Shown here piece by piece: positions 61,269-64,000 of a stretch of 64,000 nucleotides of DNA. Source of the DNA: Octopus sinensis (Eukaryota); the NCBI RefSeq assembly GCF_006345805.1, contig NC_043021.1, positions 23,312,001 through 23,376,000 on the forward strand, read 5' to 3'. Below the pieces are notes generated by a model, which was not told the origin of the DNA, did not search any database, and saw only the letters and a program-made list of their open reading frames with translations. Each line of letters starts with the position of its first letter. Within the stretch, counting starts at the first letter, position 1. Position numbers and translations under genes: made by a program.

Positions 61269-63673
61269 CTATAGCAGCAAAGAAAGAGTAAATTAGATTA
61301 TATGGAAAATATTTGTGAGAAAACACCAAACACTCTTACTTCAGAATGAAAGGAAGAAAAAGAAGAAAGATAACGAAGAAAAGAAGAAGAAAAACAAGAA
61401 GACGGAGAAGGAGGAGGAGGAGGCGAAGAAGAAGATAAAGAAGAATAAGAAGAATCAGAAGAAGAAGAATGGAGAAGAAGAAGAAGAAGAGGAAGAAAAA
61501 GAAGAAGAATAAGGATTAGGAGGAAAAGGAGGAGGAGGAGGATAAAAGGGAAGAAGAAGTAGGATAAGAAGAAAAAGAAGAAAAAGAAGAAAAAGGAGGA
61601 GGAGAATGATGAGGGGAATAACAAAAAGAAGGAGATAAAAAGAAGAAAGAGGAAGAGGAGAAGTAGATGAGAAGTAGAAAGAAGAAGACGAAAAAGAAAA
61701 AGAAAGAGGATGAGGAGGTGGAGGGGAAGAAGAAGAATTGCAAGAAGAAGAAGAAGAAGAAGGAGGAGGAGGAGAAGACGAAGAAAAGAAGAAAAAGATG
61801 GAAGATGACGAAAAAGGAGGAGGAGAATGAAGGGGAAGAATAAGAAGAAAAAGAAGAAAAAGAACAAGAAGTAGCTGAAGGAGGAGGAGGAGGAGAAGAG
61901 AATAACAAAAAGAAGAGGATAAGAAGAAGAAAAAAGGAGGAGGAGAAGTAGATAAAGAAGTAGAAGGAGAAAAAAATGAAGTAGAAGAAAGAGAAGAAGA
62001 AAAAAGAAGGAGGAAAAAAAGAAGAAGAGGAAGAAAAAGAAGATTTGAATAAAAAGCAGAACAAGAAAAATAGGAAGAAGTAGAAAAACAAGAGGAAAAA
62101 GGAATAGAAGAAGAAGGAAGAGGAAAAAGGAGGAGGAGGGGGATGAAGTGGAAGAAGTAGGAGTAGAAGAAAAACAAGAAGAGGAGGAGGAGGGGGAAGA
62201 AGAAAAAGAAGAAGAAAAGAAAAAGAAGAAGTAGAAGCAGAAAAAATGAATAAGAAGGAGGACGAGGAAAAGAGGTAGAAGACGTAGGAAGAGAATAAGA
62301 ATAAGAAGTAGAAGAAGAAGAAGAAGAAGAAGAAGAAGAAGAAGAAGAAGAAGAAAAGGAGCAGCAGGAGGAGAGGCCGAAGAATAAGAACATAAAGAAG
62401 AAGAAGAAGGAAGATGAGGAGCTGGAGTGGAAGAAGAAGAATTGCAAGAAGAAAAAGAAGAAGAAGAAGACGTAGAAGAAGAAGTGGAAGAAGAAGAAGG
62501 AGAAGAAGAAGAAGAAGAAGAAGAAGAAGAAGAAAAAAAAGAAAAAAGAAGTAGAAGAGAGAAGAAGAAGAAAAAGAAAATGAATGAGGACGAGGATGAG
62601 AAGAAGAAGGAGAAGAAAAAGGAACAGAGGGGGAGAATTACAAGAAGAAAAAGGAGGAGGAGGGGCGGAGAGGAGGTGGAAGAGAATTAAAAGAAGAAAA
62701 TGAAGAAGGAGAAGAGGAAGGAGAAGAAGAAGAAGAAGAAGGCACATTGAAAATCATGGTGTTGAAGACGCAACTGAAAATGTTCTTAAAATATCAGGAA
62801 ATAATTCAAGGATAGATCGATAAATTTTGGGCGAGAAGACATGGCTGAAAAATCAGGGAATATACGGAATCAGAAATCAACATATTCAAATGCACTCATA
62901 CACATTCTTATATTCATAGTATCAACGACGGAATGCGCTATGCACACTCACATCACACATATTCCCACTCACCCTTGTGGACATATGGTGAGAGAGATTA
63001 TTTATTTCATATCGCTTCATTGTCACAAGAATATTAGAAAACACACGCTTACAAGAAATATATCAGCATTTTAATTGTATCAGGCCAAATATTCCAGCTT
63101 ACAAGTACAGTAAGTATTTCAGGTTTACAGATAGAATGTATGTGACTATATTATTCGATTATATATTTTCCGCTTCCACTTCAGTTGCTCTATTACATAA
63201 ATAACGTGAAGTGAATGACAAAATTCGAAGTTGAATGATAATATCGAAACATATAGTCACATTTCACACAGAACTACACTTATATATGAACATACACATA
63301 TACTTCAGCTTAAAATATTTGATGCAAACACGTAAACTCACAAACGTTACCATTTCTAATACAAATTCATATCAAAATCATTGAAATTGGGGAACAAAAA
63401 TGAGTTATTTAGATGCGAATTGAAACAAAGCAACTACAATAAAGGAACATTATATTTTTCCTATTATTTCATTTTCTCTCTCAAATTCTCTCCCTTTATT
63501 TCACAGTGTCTCGCTCTCTCATATCCTCTTTGTATCTTCCTAAATCTTGTTCATTCTACAAATTCGAATTGATTTTGTTTGGTGCAGTCAGAAATTTTAT
63601 ACATTTGTGAGCTTATATATCAGCATCAATTATTACTTTCGGAAAATAGTATCAAGAAACTGAACGAACTTAC

Positions 63674-63745
63674 AATTCTTTTAAATTTGAAAGCCCCGTG
63701 AATGCACCTTCTTTGATGGTTTCAATGTTGTTGGCACCAAGAACT
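63674..63745 (-). CDS. 72-bp LRR exon, type E (E1)
   Basis: ctgcgacag|A-VLGANNIETIKEGAFTGLSNLKE-TT|gtaagt. Confidence 0.88.
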
Positions 63746-64000
63746 CTGTCGCAGTAAAGAAAGAGTAAAATAGATTATATGGAAAATATTTGTGATACGA
63801 CATCAAACACTGTGACTTCAGAATGAAAGGAAGAAAAAGAAGAAAGATTACGAAGAAGAAGAAGAAGAAGAAGAACTAGAAAGGAGAAGGAGAAGGAGAA
63901 GAAGAAGAAGAATTAGAAGAAGAAGAAGAGGAAGGAGAATTGACGAGGAGGTGGATAGGCGGGGATGTTAGGAGGAGGACAAAGGAAGGGATGACTGAGG

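Larger units (their letters stand above)
43470..64000 (-). repeat. Higher-order tandem array of intron-exon cassettes (LRR exons) separated by GAA/GAG tracts
   Basis: Unique blocks recur: B-block at 44070, 48190, 50570, 55170, 58515; C-block at 45180, 46815, 53265, 56580, 60210, 62742. Unit length 2.4-3.6 kb. Confidence 0.92.

Noticed and set aside
43475-62747. Dozens of 60-430 aa poly-F/S/L and poly-K/E/R ORFs, and the recurring MAEKSGNIRN.. and MLSFIHEE.. ORFs
   Set aside because: Translations of GAA/TTC tracts or of duplicated intronic blocks; the genuine coding signal is the 72-bp spliced exons.
1-64000. rRNA or intact tRNA genes
   Set aside because: No convincing cloverleaf or rRNA-like sequence seen; only SINE-derived tRNA-like heads.

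Overview
Eukaryotic, AT-rich, microsatellite- and transposon-dense DNA. The SINE-like repeats and LINE complement suggest an octopus or other coleoid cephalopod (inference). Two systems stand out. (1) 0.3-6.5 kb is a hammerhead-ribozyme (HHR) hotspot. A ~552-bp unit carrying a minimal type I HHR is tandemly repeated and arranged as a ~4.85-kb head-to-head foldback palindrome between (TA)n tracts, like a retrozyme or Penelope-derived element. Three further, different HHR motifs lie beside it. (2) 26.8-64 kb holds a minus-strand host gene missed by the ORF track because its exons are tiny. I could splice it in frame: twelve intact 72-bp phase-2 LRR exons plus two damaged ones, then LRRCT, a 12-Cys three-finger (Ly6/uPAR-like) domain and the start of a SEA-like domain. 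Apart from the terminal LRR exon at 39.6 kb, the LRR exons sit in tandemly duplicated 2.4-3.6-kb intron-exon cassettes separated by long GAA/GAG tracts. Their sequence is hypervariable specifically at the concave-face codons. The rest is TE debris and young LINEs: two R4/Dong-like elements in (TAA)n, a near-intact CR1-like LINE with a Myb-like + 2xCCCH ORF1, MULE, Penelope, Helitron and RTE fragments, SINEs and MITEs. Most long ORFs in the track are low-complexity artefacts. Frequent 1-bp homopolymer deletions suggest long-read consensus errors, so frameshifts and the palindrome need read-level confirmation.
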